A stretch of 64,000 bases of DNA from Mycobacterium sp. (GTDB lineage: Bacteria; Actinomycetota; Actinomycetes; Mycobacteriales; Mycobacteriaceae), in assembly GCF_035623875.1 (NCBI RefSeq), contig NZ_DASPSP010000018.1, forward strand, positions 8,244 to 72,243. The letters are read 5' to 3'. Both the position numbers and the translations under genes were made by a program. This document shows, piece after piece, positions 52,205 to 61,901 of the stretch. How positions within the stretch are numbered: position 1 is the first letter of the stretch; each line of letters begins with the position of its first letter. The notes under the pieces are model-generated. The model worked only from the letters and a program-made list of their open reading frames with translations. It ran no database searches and had not been told where the DNA came from.

Positions 52205-52670
52205 TCATCCGGGCGCTGGGTAGTCAGTCAGCAACGCGCCGTGTTCGATCACCGCGGCGGCGTGCGCGACACCGAGCTCGGAGTAACGCGCGGCCAGCGA
52301 GGCCTCGCTTGCACTCGCAACCGACACCTCAGTCGGGAACGCTGGTCGCGAATACCAGTCGACTGCGATTTCGCCCAGCTGCCGCGAGCGTGCCCAGCGC
52401 TTCGGCGTTGACATGCACCGCCACGAGCACCATCGGCAGTTGGTCAGTCCCGAGGCGGCCGCGAGCCGCCAAAACCGTTGCCGCATGGTCCTCTAATGCG
52501 TGGTCCAGCGTGTGCAGCGCGCGACCGCACGCCGCCATGCTCTCCTGCGGCGGCGGATCCTGCTGCAGCAGGGCAGCCGCCGCGTGCTCCAATGCAACTC
52601 CAGCGAGTCGGACCATCTCGCCGACTCCGCTAGTACATGCGTCCAGTTCCGGTTGAGGGACAACACTCAC
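52205..52670 (-). pseudogene. Degenerate PhoU-family (PhoY-like) gene, frameshifted and internally shortened
   Basis: AGGAG RBS then GTG; frame 1 ELDACTSGVGEMVRLAGVALEHAAAALLQQD resembles PhoY helix 1-2; second frame QLGEIAV...AFPTEV and AARYSELGVAHAAAV resembles PhoY segments. Confidence 0.6.
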
Positions 52671-52824
52671 GACGGAACTCCTATTCTGACAACCTGCACG
52701 CCAAGACTGGTGCACTGACCAGGTCGTGTCAACGGGTAGGCCCTGGCGGGCGTCACCATCGCTCAAGGTGGTCATCCGTGGCGCTTGTCGTCGGTAACCG
52801 CGCGATCGGGCGGCGGTCGAGAGC

Positions 52825-52999
52825 TTTTCGAGCACTGCCAGAGGCGCCTTGGCCAATGCTCAGACGGCCGGCGGTTGGCCACGAAAACTACGGTGGCCGC
52901 CCGGGTCTAATGCAGGATATTGGCGATCAGTGCCGGCAACTGATCGGCCACTAGCGGATAGCTCAGCGGCGACGCGAAGGCGATCGCTCCGGCCTGGTC
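52825..52999. repeat. Direct repeat copy B
   Basis: Homologous to 48199-48362; covers the last ~30 codons of the intact gene and ~80 bp downstream. Confidence 0.85.
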
Positions 53000-53887
53000 C
53001 TTGGTGGTGAACACGCTGCGCGTCTGCAGAGCCGCCACGTCGGGATTGGCCAACAGCGCCGCGTGATCGTCCTCGCTTTCAGTCGTCCAGATCAGTAGAT
53101 CGGCGGCGTCGAGGACCGGCCTGATCTTGTCGCGCGGAATGAACGCGCGCTGCTGATCGACTGCGAAGGGGCTGATGTTGTCGGCGATGGCCAGACCCAT
53201 CTGCGTCAGAAACTCGGTGTGCCAACCGGTTATTGCCACCACATCGTCTTGGTGGAGCTTGCCTTGCAGCAGGAGCACTTTCTTGGTTTTGAACTGCGGA
53301 TATTTATCCGCAACGGCCGCGAAACTTCGATCGATGCCGTTGATCAGTGATTTCATCTGGTCGGGCTGAAAAACCGCCCGGCCGATCGCCGTCGCTTGGT
53401 CCTTCCACGGCTCGAAGAATGCGTCGCCGTCGGACTGTGGAATCGTTGGGGCGATCGCGGTGAGCTTCTGGTAGGTGTCCTCGTCGACGCCTGCGTCGGT
53501 GGCGACGATCAAGTCGGGTTTCAGACTGGCGATCCGCTGAACCTGAATTCCGTTGTCCAGATTCAACACAACGGGTTTGGCGTTGCCGAGTTTGGGCCGA
53601 GCCCACGGCCACACCGCGAACGGCTGGTCGCCGAACCAGTTGGTCACCGCTATCGGCACGACGCCGAGCGCGAGCAGGTCGTCCTGCCCGGTGTAACCGG
53701 CGCTGACCACTCGCTTGGGCGGTTCGGGGACGGTCGTCTCACCGAAAACATGCGTGATGGTCACGGGTCGGCCGCCGGGGCCGGCGGGCGCCGCCTTATG
53801 CGACGAGCAGGCGGGAGCCGCCACCGCGAGCAGCCCCGCGGCCGCGCCGACGCGCAGAAATCCGCGCCGACTCCATTGCTCTGGCAT
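52907..53887 (-). CDS. Iron-siderophore-type ABC substrate-binding lipoprotein, Tat-exported (Rv0265c-like)
   Basis: SRRGFL twin-arginine motif, lipobox APAC, HVFGETTVPEPPKRVV, IASLKPDLIV. Confidence 0.9.
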   Translation of the reverse strand: MPEQWSRRGFLRVGAAAGLLAVAAPACSSHKAAPAGPGGRPVTITHVFGETTVPEPPKRVVSAGYTGQDDLLALGVVPIAVTNWFGDQPFAVWPWARPKLGNAKPVVLNLDNGIQVQRIASLKPDLIVATDAGVDEDTYQKLTAIAPTIPQSDGDAFFEPWKDQATAIGRAVFQPDQMKSLINGIDRSFAAVADKYPQFKTKKVLLLQGKLHQDDVVAITGWHTEFLTQMGLAIADNISPFAVDQQRAFIPRDKIRPVLDAADLLIWTTESEDDHAALLANPDVAALQTRSVFTTKDQAGAIAFASPLSYPLVADQLPALIANILH

Positions 53888-53909
53888 CGCGTGAGCCTAC
53901 AGCGTTCGC

Positions 53910-54494
53910 TCAGGTCAACGGCATGCCGGCGTCGACGAAGTCCAGGGCACGGTAGACGGTGTCGGCCGCGCGCGGACCAGGCTCGTAGACTGCCATCATC
54001 GCGCCGGTGAGGGCTCCGGCGAATGCCCGAAGCTCGAAATCGTTTGCATCACGGCCGATTCGGCGGCCGATTGCCTCGGCGAACGTGGTGATGGTGCGGT
54101 AATACTCGTCGTACATGGCCGCCTTGAGTTCGGGTATCGAGAACATCAGCCGTTGCCGGGTGTTCTCGAACTCCCGTTGGTCCTCCGACAGATTGGCCAT
54201 GGCGGCCTGGTAGGCGCGCCGGACCGCCTGACTCGGCGAAAGGTCGGGCGGCTGTTCGTCCAAGGCATTCAGGATCACCGGGTCCATGTCGTCGGCGAGC
54301 AACACCGACTCCTTGGTCGGGAAATACCGGAAAAACGTGCTCGGCGATACCTCGGCGGCCTCAGCGATCTGCTCGACCGTGGTGGCGGCGTAACCGTTTT
54401 CTTCGATCAGCCGAAACGCCTCCCGCCTGATGGTCTGGCGGGTCCTGATCTTCTTGCGTTCCCGCAGACCGGGGGTTTGGTCAGTCACCTGCAT
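53910..54494 (-). CDS. TetR-family regulator
   Basis: GLRERKKIRTR...ATTVEQIAEAAEVSPSTFFRYFPTKE. Confidence 0.92.
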   Translation of the reverse strand: MQVTDQTPGLRERKKIRTRQTIRREAFRLIEENGYAATTVEQIAEAAEVSPSTFFRYFPTKESVLLADDMDPVILNALDEQPPDLSPSQAVRRAYQAAMANLSEDQREFENTRQRLMFSIPELKAAMYDEYYRTITTFAEAIGRRIGRDANDFELRAFAGALTGAMMAVYEPGPRAADTVYRALDFVDAGMPLT

Positions 54495-54606
54495 GAGGTA
54501 ATTCTCCCGCACGCCGCGCGGAGGGGTGATGCGTAGTGCAGTGAACATGCTCTTCCAACCGTATGTTTGCCGGAAACATGCTGCAATTCAGATGATTTGG
54601 CGCTTA

Positions 54607-56487
54607 TCACGCCGACAGCTTCACCGCCCTGTCGTTGCCCCGGTCGGCGACGTAGATATTCCCGGCGTTGTCCACGGCCACCCCCAACGGGGTGTTGAGC
54701 CCGGTCAGCGGCAGCGCGGTCGGGGTGTTCGATCCGGCCGGCAACTTCAACACTTGGTTGCCGTCGTGTTCAGTGACGAAAACGTCGCCGACGTTGTCCA
54801 CCGCGATACCCCACGGGACGGCGACGCCGATGAACGGGAGCGCGGTCTGAGTTGTCGAGCCGGCCGCCAGCATCGACACCCGGTTGTTGTCGGTGTCGGT
54901 GACGTAGACGTTGCCGGCGGGGTCGACCGCCACGCCATCGGGGTTCTTGAGCCCGGTGAACGGCAGCACGGTCTGAGTTGTCGAGCCGGCCGCCAACTTC
55001 AACACCCGGTCGTTGCCCCGGTCGGCGACATAGACGCTGCCCTGGCCATCCACCGCTACACCTTCGGGATAGTTCAGGCCGGTAAACGGCAGCACGGTCT
55101 GGCCGGTCGACCCGGCCGTCAACTTGACCACCCTGTTGTTGAAATCGGCGACGTACACGGCCCCGGCGCTGTCTACCGCGAGCCCCTGGGGCTGGTAAAG
55201 GCCGCTGAACGGCAGCACCGTCGGGGTGCTTGATCCGGGCGCCAACTCAACCACGCGTCCGTACATGCCCTCGCTGGTGACGTACACATCGCCGGCTTTG
55301 TCCACCGCCACCCCGCCGGGCGATAGGCGGAAGTCGATACCGGTGAACGGCAGCTCAGTTTGTGCGGAGGTCGGATGCTTCGATGCCGCCGACGGGTGCG
55401 CCCCCAAATAGCCGGTGGTAGCGATAGCCGCGACTGCCAGCAGTGCGGCTGCGCCGATAAGGATCCACCGCTTGCGGTTTCGGCTGGGCGGGGGCGCATT
55501 GCGGGTGAAGTCCGGTGGGGGCGTGGGGGACTGGTGATTGGGCGGCGGTGTGCTTACCCAGGGCGTGGGCCGAGCCGTGGTCTCGACGGCGTCGGCCATC
55601 CGCGTCGCATCCTGGCTGTGCCGCAGAATCGTCGCCTCTTGGTATTGCTCGGGCGCGGTAAGCGCCTCATGAGCGGCCACGGCCAGATCTCCGGCGGAGC
55701 AGTAGCGGTCTGCCGGGTTCTTGGCCATGCCTTTGCCGATAACCGGATCGAGGGCCGGCGGAACCCGCCCGGGACGGAGCTCGCTGGGCCGCGGCGCGGG
55801 TTCGAGCAGATGGGCGGCGATCAGCCGTTCGACGCTGGTGGCCCGATACGGCGGTGCGCCGGTCAAACACTCACCCAACACGCAGGCCAGCGCATAGATG
55901 TCGGAGCGGTAGGTGACCTCGTCGCCGGTGAAGCGCTCCGGCGCCATGTAGTTGTAGGTCCCCACCGCAAATCCGCTTTGGGTCAGCCCAGGGTCGGTGG
56001 CGGCGCGGGCAATTCCGAAATCAACCAAATAGGCGAAGTCGTCATTGGTTAACAGAATGTTTTCCGGTTTGACATCTCGATGTGTGACGCCGTTAGCGTG
56101 CGCCGCGTCGAGCGCGGCGGCGATCTGGCGCACGATGGCAACGCTTCGCGCCGGGCTCAGCGGACCGTAGTTCGTCAACAGCGCGCGCAGCGAGACGCCG
56201 TCGATCATGCGCATTTCTACGTAGAACTGACCGTCGATATCGCCATAGTCATGGATGGGAACGATGTGCGGTTCGGTCAGCCGTCCCGCGGTGTCGGCTT
56301 CCCGTCGCATCCGCATGTAAAACGTTGCGTCGGTGGAGAATTGCGGCGAGATCAGCTTCAGCGCGACCACCCGGTGCTTGCGGGTGTCCTCGGCCTCATA
56401 GACCTCGCCCATGCCGCCGCGGCCTAACAGCCGCCTCAACTGATACGGGCCAAACCGTAAGCCAACCCGCGAAACGGTACTGTTCAC
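54607..56487 (-). CDS. pknD: Ser/Thr protein kinase PknD with extracellular NHL beta-propeller
   Basis: GRGGMGEV, HRDVKPEN, DFG, YMAPE; one TM; six LPFTGL-x-P-x-G-VAVD blades; AAGGAG RBS. Confidence 0.93.
   Translation of the reverse strand: MNSTVSRVGLRFGPYQLRRLLGRGGMGEVYEAEDTRKHRVVALKLISPQFSTDATFYMRMRREADTAGRLTEPHIVPIHDYGDIDGQFYVEMRMIDGVSLRALLTNYGPLSPARSVAIVRQIAAALDAAHANGVTHRDVKPENILLTNDDFAYLVDFGIARAATDPGLTQSGFAVGTYNYMAPERFTGDEVTYRSDIYALACVLGECLTGAPPYRATSVERLIAAHLLEPAPRPSELRPGRVPPALDPVIGKGMAKNPADRYCSAGDLAVAAHEALTAPEQYQEATILRHSQDATRMADAVETTARPTPWVSTPPPNHQSPTPPPDFTRNAPPPSRNRKRWILIGAAALLAVAAIATTGYLGAHPSAASKHPTSAQTELPFTGIDFRLSPGGVAVDKAGDVYVTSEGMYGRVVELAPGSSTPTVLPFSGLYQPQGLAVDSAGAVYVADFNNRVVKLTAGSTGQTVLPFTGLNYPEGVAVDGQGSVYVADRGNDRVLKLAAGSTTQTVLPFTGLKNPDGVAVDPAGNVYVTDTDNNRVSMLAAGSTTQTALPFIGVAVPWGIAVDNVGDVFVTEHDGNQVLKLPAGSNTPTALPLTGLNTPLGVAVDNAGNIYVADRGNDRAVKLSA
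54610..55362 (-). repeat. Six tandem NHL repeats (about 126 bp each) in pknD
   Basis: Recurring QTVLPFTGL..P.GVAVD..G.VYV.D..N.RV.KL units. Confidence 0.85.
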
Positions 56488-56526
56488 CGGCCACGCTCCT
56501 TTCAAAAATTCGTCAAATTCCGCTGT

Positions 56527-57633
56527 CTACGAAATTGCATTCACAGCTGCTGCGATTTTCGATTGGAATGCGCTCGGCAGCGGAATCGATCCGTACTGAT
56601 CCAAACCGTCTTGACCCGGACCAATTGCGGCCTGCATAAACGCTTTTACCGCCGCGCCAGTAGCAGAATCTGGATATTTCGAGCAAACGATTTCATAGGT
56701 CGGCTCCACGATCGGATACGCACCAGGTTGCGTTGGCCGGTAAAACGACGAGGTGTCCACCACCAGGTCATTGCCCTGTCCCTTGAACGTGGCCCCGGCA
56801 ATGGTCTTGCTCACCGAGTCGGTGGTGATCTCCACCGGATCCGGACCGGCTGAGGTAATGATCTGGGCCATGCTCAATTGCCGGCCCACCCCGAACGACC
56901 ATTCGTTATAGGTGATCGACCCTTCGGTGCTCTGCACTTCCGCCGAGGTGCCGTTGTCCCCGACGCCGCCGTCGCCGACACCCCCGAGGAATGTCTGGCT
57001 GGCACCTTTGCCCCACGCGCCGTTGGATGCGGCGACCAGGTATCGCTCAAAGTTCGACGTGTCAGCGGATTGGTCGCTGCGGAAAAAGACGTGGATGGGC
57101 TCCGACGGCAAGGTGGTGCCCGGATTGAGCGCGCCGATCACCGGGTCATCCCAGCTGGTAATCGCTCCGTTGAAGATCTTTGCGAGCGTGGCTGCATCAA
57201 GTTTCAGCGAGTTCACGCCGTTGACGTTGTAGGTGACCGCGATTGGTTCGAACACCGCCGGCAAGTCCCACGCCGGCGAACCGCATCGCTGCGCCGCCCG
57301 ATCGACCTGCCCTTTCGACGGATCCAACGGATCGCCGGAACCCGCCAGATCGCTGACGTTGTTGACGAAGTCCGTCACCCCGGCACCGGAGCCGTTGGCG
57401 TTGTAGTCCAGCGTGTAGCCCGGGCACGCATGGACGTAGGCGAAGACGAATTGTTCGATCGCATTCTCTTGCGCGGTCGCGCCGCTGCCCTTGAGCTGCT
57501 TCTTTCCACCGCATTGCACCTGAGCCGAGCTGGCTCCAGCCGACGATGCGTGGGTGGAGCTGCCACACCCCGTCAACACCAGTGCGCTGGCGGCCAACAG
57601 ACTCAGCACGGCGCCGTATCGGTTGAACTTCAC
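56527..57633 (-). CDS. pstS2: PstS2-like substrate-binding lipoprotein with atypical binding-site motifs
   Basis: GGAGGAG RBS, VKFNRYG start, lipobox [24 protein letters not shown]; motifs read [15 protein letters not shown]. Confidence 0.88.
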   Translation of the reverse strand: MKFNRYGAVLSLLAASALVLTGCGSSTHASSAGASSAQVQCGGKKQLKGSGATAQENAIEQFVFAYVHACPGYTLDYNANGSGAGVTDFVNNVSDLAGSGDPLDPSKGQVDRAAQRCGSPAWDLPAVFEPIAVTYNVNGVNSLKLDAATLAKIFNGAITSWDDPVIGALNPGTTLPSEPIHVFFRSDQSADTSNFERYLVAASNGAWGKGASQTFLGGVGDGGVGDNGTSAEVQSTEGSITYNEWSFGVGRQLSMAQIITSAGPDPVEITTDSVSKTIAGATFKGQGNDLVVDTSSFYRPTQPGAYPIVEPTYEIVCSKYPDSATGAAVKAFMQAAIGPGQDGLDQYGSIPLPSAFQSKIAAAVNAIS

Positions 57634-57828
57634 CGGAAACTCCTCCGAATCGTCAGGGAGGCGGACACACTCACTCCGCCACCGGGGAGCCCCCTTCGGA
57701 TCACGTTGTGCCCCGGCGGACCAGCCCGTGAACCTGTGAATATCGAAGCCTCGGAACATGGGTGCAGGATTAGCGACCGCTTTAAAAAGGATTAGCAAAC
57801 GACAAGAGAATCGGGAAGAGCCTGAAGG

Positions 57829-57866
57829 TAAGCACGATTTAAGCACAGAATGAGCGGCACCTGAGC
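57829..57866. promoter_or_regulatory. Four T(A/G)AGC direct repeats at 11-bp period in the pstS2/pstB divergent intergenic region
   Basis: TAAGC 57829, TAAGC 57840, TGAGC 57851, TGAGC 57862. Confidence 0.55.
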
Positions 57867-57964
57867 CAGATGAGTAGCAGGTTAGTGCCACCTTTGAAAA
57901 TAAATAGAGCATTGCGCCGCCGAATCATCAGTGGGGCATGACGACGTAACTTTGTGGAGTGTTG

Positions 57965-58828
57965 ATGACCCGTGACCAGCTCAACGCCGAGACCGGTGCT
58001 GAAGCTGGTGTCGATGCTCCGGCCATGCGTGCGGTGAACCTCACCCTGGGTTTCGGCGCCACAACCGTCCTCCACGAGGTGAGCCTGGACTTTCCCCCGC
58101 AGTCGATCACGTCCTTGCTGGGGCCGACCGGCTCCGGTAAGACGACCTTCCTGCGCACCCTGAATCGTATGAACGACAACGTTTTTGGATACCGCTATAG
58201 CGGTGATGTCCTGTTGGGCGGACGCAGCATCTTCAAAAGCCAAGACCTGATGGAGTTTCGCCGCAGGGTCGGCATGCTGTTCCAGCGTCCCAATCCATTC
58301 CCGATGTCGATCTTGGACAACGTAGTTGCGGGTCTGGGCGCACATAAGCTGGTGTCCCGCAAGCACTTTAAGAGTGTTGCGCAGGCTCGCCTGGCCGAGG
58401 TCGGCCTCTGGGATGCGGTTAAGGATCGGCTCGGTGATTCGCCATTCCGGCTCTCCGGAGGTCAACAACAATTGTTGTGCCTGGCTCGTGCGCTTGCAGT
58501 GAACCCGGAGGTCCTGCTGCTCGACGAGCCCACCTCATCGCTGGACCCGGCCACGACCGAGAAAATCGAAGAGCTCATTCGATCGCTGGCCAACCGGCTC
58601 ACCGTGATCATGGTGACGCACGACCTTGCCCAGGCCGCCCGCATAGGCGACCGGACCGCCTTGTTCTTTGACGGCAGGTTGGTGGAGGACGGACCCACCG
58701 AACAGCTGTTCCTCTCGCCAAAGCATGCGGAGACCGTCCGTTATGTCTCTGGACTGTTTGGCGACCGCCACCTTCTGGGTGTGGTCGTCGGGGCCACAGA
58801 CGCCAACGAGGGAAAGAAAGGTGAGTGA
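57965..58828 (+). CDS. pstB: Phosphate-type ABC transporter ATPase (Rv0933-like)
   Basis: GPTGSGKT, FQRPNPFPMSI, LSGGQQQ, LLLDEPT, VTH. Confidence 0.93.
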   Translation: MTRDQLNAETGAEAGVDAPAMRAVNLTLGFGATTVLHEVSLDFPPQSITSLLGPTGSGKTTFLRTLNRMNDNVFGYRYSGDVLLGGRSIFKSQDLMEFRRRVGMLFQRPNPFPMSILDNVVAGLGAHKLVSRKHFKSVAQARLAEVGLWDAVKDRLGDSPFRLSGGQQQLLCLARALAVNPEVLLLDEPTSSLDPATTEKIEELIRSLANRLTVIMVTHDLAQAARIGDRTALFFDGRLVEDGPTEQLFLSPKHAETVRYVSGLFGDRHLLGVVVGATDANEGKKGE

Positions 58829-58833
58829 GGGCC

Positions 58834-59949
58834 GTGAAAATCTCGCTGCGTACGCTGCTGGTTGCGGTGCCATTGATCCTGGTCGCCGCTGGTTGCGGTT
58901 CGAACTCAACAGGCGGGTCGTCCAACCCCGGGGCTAGCACCGGTAGCGTCGCGACTACGCCCGCGACGTCGAAGGTCGCATTGTCGGAGACCGGGGCCAC
59001 AGAGCTGTACCCGCTGATGAATTCATGGGTTCCGGCTTATCAGGCGAAATACCCGAACGTCACGATCACGACTGCGGCCACCGGGTCGGGCGCCGGGATC
59101 TCCCAGGCAATTGCCAGGGCGGTCGATATCGGCGCCTCCGGCGCCTACCTGTCGCAGGGTCAGATTTCCGCGCACAAGGGGCTGATGAATATCGCCTTGG
59201 CCATTGCCGCCGAGGAGGTCCACTACAACGTGCCCGGTGTCAGCGAGCACCTCAAGCTGAACGGCAAGGTGCTGGCGGCCATGTATGAAGGCACCATCAA
59301 GGCTTGGAATGACCCGCAGATCGCCGCGCTCAACCCCGGAGTGAATTTGCCGGCCATCCCGGTGGTTCCGCTACACCGTTCCGACGGGGCCGGCGATACT
59401 TTCGTGTTCACCCAGTACCTGTCGAAACAAGACCCCGACGGCTGGGGTAAGTCGCCCGGCTTTGGCACCACCGTCGACTTCCCCGCGGTGCCGGGCGCGC
59501 TCGGTGAGAACGGCGCCGGTGGCATGGTGACCGGCTGCGTTCAGACTCCCGGTTGCGTCGCCTACATCGGCATCAGCTACCTCGACCAGGCCAGCCAGAA
59601 GGGACTGGGCGAGGCCGAACTGGAAAATGCCTCCGGCAAGTACCTGCTGCCGGATGCCCAAAGCATTCCGGCTGAGGCCGCCGGTTTCGCCTCGCAGACC
59701 CCGGCAAACCAGGTGATCTCACTGATCAACGGACCAGCCGCCAACGGGTACCCGATCGTCAACTATGAGTACGCCGTTGTCTACGGCAGCCAGAAGGATG
59801 CCGCTACCGCACAGACGCTGCAGGCATTTCTGCACTGGGTGGTGACCGAAGGTAGCGGCCCCTCGTTCCTGGATAAGGTTCACTTTCAACCGCTGCCGTC
59901 CTCGGTGGAGAAGCAGTCCGACGCTCAAATCGCCAGCATCACAAGTTAG
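58834..59949 (+). CDS. pstS1: PstS1-like (38 kDa antigen family) substrate-binding lipoprotein with atypical binding-site motifs
   Basis: Lipobox AAGC, YPNVTIT, TGSGAGI, HLKLNGKVLAAMY; motifs read GATEL, GASGAY, RSDGAGDT. Confidence 0.92.
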   Translation: MKISLRTLLVAVPLILVAAGCGSNSTGGSSNPGASTGSVATTPATSKVALSETGATELYPLMNSWVPAYQAKYPNVTITTAATGSGAGISQAIARAVDIGASGAYLSQGQISAHKGLMNIALAIAAEEVHYNVPGVSEHLKLNGKVLAAMYEGTIKAWNDPQIAALNPGVNLPAIPVVPLHRSDGAGDTFVFTQYLSKQDPDGWGKSPGFGTTVDFPAVPGALGENGAGGMVTGCVQTPGCVAYIGISYLDQASQKGLGEAELENASGKYLLPDAQSIPAEAAGFASQTPANQVISLINGPAANGYPIVNYEYAVVYGSQKDAATAQTLQAFLHWVVTEGSGPSFLDKVHFQPLPSSVEKQSDAQIASITS

Positions 59950-59958
59950 CTCGATGCG

Positions 59959-61029
59959 TTGACGCTTCCCACGCGACAGCGGGCGCTGGCCGACCCGCTA
60001 GTGGTATCGCGCTTGCTGGGCCGCATGCGTGGCGTGAGCCGCGGGGGCATTGCCGTCCGGTGGGCTGGCGGGGCGGGTGCGGTGATCCCGTTGCTCGCGC
60101 TCGTGTTCGTGCTGGGCACGCTGATCATCGAGGCGCTTCCGGCGATCAGGCTCAACGGGCTGCACTTCTTCACCGCCACCGAATGGAATCCGGGAAACCT
60201 TTACGGCAGCACCGAAGTCAGCAACGGTGTTCCACATCCGGTCGGTGCGTACTACGGGGCATTGCCGATGATCGTCGGCACGTTGGCGAGTTCCGCGATC
60301 GCCCTGATGATCGCGGTACCGGTGTCTGTCGGGGCGGCGTTGGCGATCGTGGAACGGCTACCAAAACGTGCTGCCTCGGCCGTCGGCATGGTGCTCGAAT
60401 TGCTCGCCGGGATCCCCAGTGTCGTCGTCGGCCTCTGGGGGGCAATGACTTTCGGGCCGTTCATCGCCCACCACGTCGCTCCCGTGATCGCGCGTAATGC
60501 GCCGAATGTGCCGGTGCTCAATTATTTCCGCGGGGACACCGGCAACGGGGAAGGCATGTTGGTGTCCGGCCTGGTGCTGGCGGTGATGATCATTCCGATC
60601 ATTGCCAGCACCTGCCGCGATCTGATCCGGCAGGTGCCGTCGCTACCACGCGAGGGTGCGATCGCGCTCGGCATGTCCGACTGGGAGTGTGCGCGCAAGG
60701 TCACCCTGCCATGGGTGTCTAGCGGCATTGTCGGCGCCATCGTGCTGGGATTGGGACGTGCGCTGGGCGAGACGATGGCCGTTGCCATGGTGTCCGGTGC
60801 GGAGTTGGGTGCCATGCCCGGCAACATCTACTCGACCATGACCACCATCGCCGCAACCGTTGTGTCGCAGTTGGATTCAGCGTTAACCGACTCCACCAAC
60901 TTCGCAGTGAAGACCCTTGCCGAGGCAAGTCTTGTGCTGATGGTGATCACGTTGCTGACGAATATGTTGGCTCGTGCGCTGGTGCGCCGCGCGTCGGGTA
61001 CCGCGCTACCAGTCGGGCGGGGTATCTGA
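59959..61029 (+). CDS. pstC1: Phosphate-type ABC permease PstC (Rv0935-like)
   Basis: [28 protein letters not shown] (EAA loop), [10 protein letters not shown]. Confidence 0.93.
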   Translation: MTLPTRQRALADPLVVSRLLGRMRGVSRGGIAVRWAGGAGAVIPLLALVFVLGTLIIEALPAIRLNGLHFFTATEWNPGNLYGSTEVSNGVPHPVGAYYGALPMIVGTLASSAIALMIAVPVSVGAALAIVERLPKRAASAVGMVLELLAGIPSVVVGLWGAMTFGPFIAHHVAPVIARNAPNVPVLNYFRGDTGNGEGMLVSGLVLAVMIIPIIASTCRDLIRQVPSLPREGAIALGMSDWECARKVTLPWVSSGIVGAIVLGLGRALGETMAVAMVSGAELGAMPGNIYSTMTTIAATVVSQLDSALTDSTNFAVKTLAEASLVLMVITLLTNMLARALVRRASGTALPVGRGI

Positions 61030-61030
61030 A

Positions 61031-61885
61031 ATGTGGTCGGTAACCTCTCGGCGCAAAACTGTCAACGCGATGTGGTGGACCGCATGTTTCTGTTGTCTGG
61101 CGATGGTGATCGTACCGACGTTGTGGATGCTGATCGGGGTCGTCGGCCGTGCGTTGCCGGTGTTCCACTGGAGCGTGCTGGTCGAAGACTCGCATGGCGG
61201 CGGTGGCGGTCTTCGCAACGCCATTGTCGGTACCCTGGTCCTGGGCCTGGGGGTCGTGCTGGTGGGTGGCACCGTCAGTGTGTTGGCCGGGATCTACCTG
61301 TCCGAATTCGCCACCGGCAGAACGCGTTCGATTCTGCGCGGCGCTTATGAGGTACTGTCGGGCATCCCATCAATCGTGCTCGGATACGTCGGCTATCTGG
61401 CGCTCGTGGTCTACTTCGACTGGGGGTTCTCGCTGGCGGCTGGAGTCTTGACGCTGTCGGTATTGAGTATCCCGTACATCGCTAAGGCCACCGAATCGGC
61501 GCTCGGTCAAGTGCCGACGGCATACCGAGAAGGGGCAACGGCGCTGGGGCTGCCGGTCGTTTGGACGCTGCGCAGGATCGTGCTGAAGACGGCACTACCC
61601 GGAATCGTCACCGGCATGCTGGTGGCGCTCGCGCTGACGATCGGTGAGACGGCGCCGATGCTTTATACGGCCGGCTGGTCGGATTCCCTTCCGACCGGCA
61701 AACTTACCGACTCACCGCTCGGTTACCTGACGTATCCGATCTGGACGTTCTACAACCTGCCGTCGAAAACCGCCCTGGACCTGTCCTATGACGCGGCCTT
61801 TTTGCTGATCGTGTTCTTGCTGCTGCTGATCATCCTGGGACGGCTGATCACCTGGTTCGCGCGGCGGCATTCAGAATCGGCGTGA
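61031..61885 (+). CDS. pstA2: Phosphate-type ABC permease PstA (Rv0936-like)
   Basis: [33 protein letters not shown]. Confidence 0.93.
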   Translation: MWSVTSRRKTVNAMWWTACFCCLAMVIVPTLWMLIGVVGRALPVFHWSVLVEDSHGGGGGLRNAIVGTLVLGLGVVLVGGTVSVLAGIYLSEFATGRTRSILRGAYEVLSGIPSIVLGYVGYLALVVYFDWGFSLAAGVLTLSVLSIPYIAKATESALGQVPTAYREGATALGLPVVWTLRRIVLKTALPGIVTGMLVALALTIGETAPMLYTAGWSDSLPTGKLTDSPLGYLTYPIWTFYNLPSKTALDLSYDAAFLLIVFLLLLIILGRLITWFARRHSESA

Positions 61886-61901
61886 GATTTGCCGACGGCT
61901 C

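Noticed and set aside
48199-52999. oplA segment as an active mobile element
   Set aside because: No integrase, transposase, terminal inverted repeats or tRNA target; reported only as a recombination scar.
54610-55362. Regular ~126-bp periodicity that could be mistaken for a CRISPR or non-coding repeat array
   Set aside because: Fully explained by the six NHL blades of PknD; no spacers or cas genes.
57728-57741. GTGAAC-ct-GTGAAT as a RegX3/PHO box
   Set aside because: The 8-bp period does not fit 11-bp tandem OmpR-type binding, and two short units can arise by chance.
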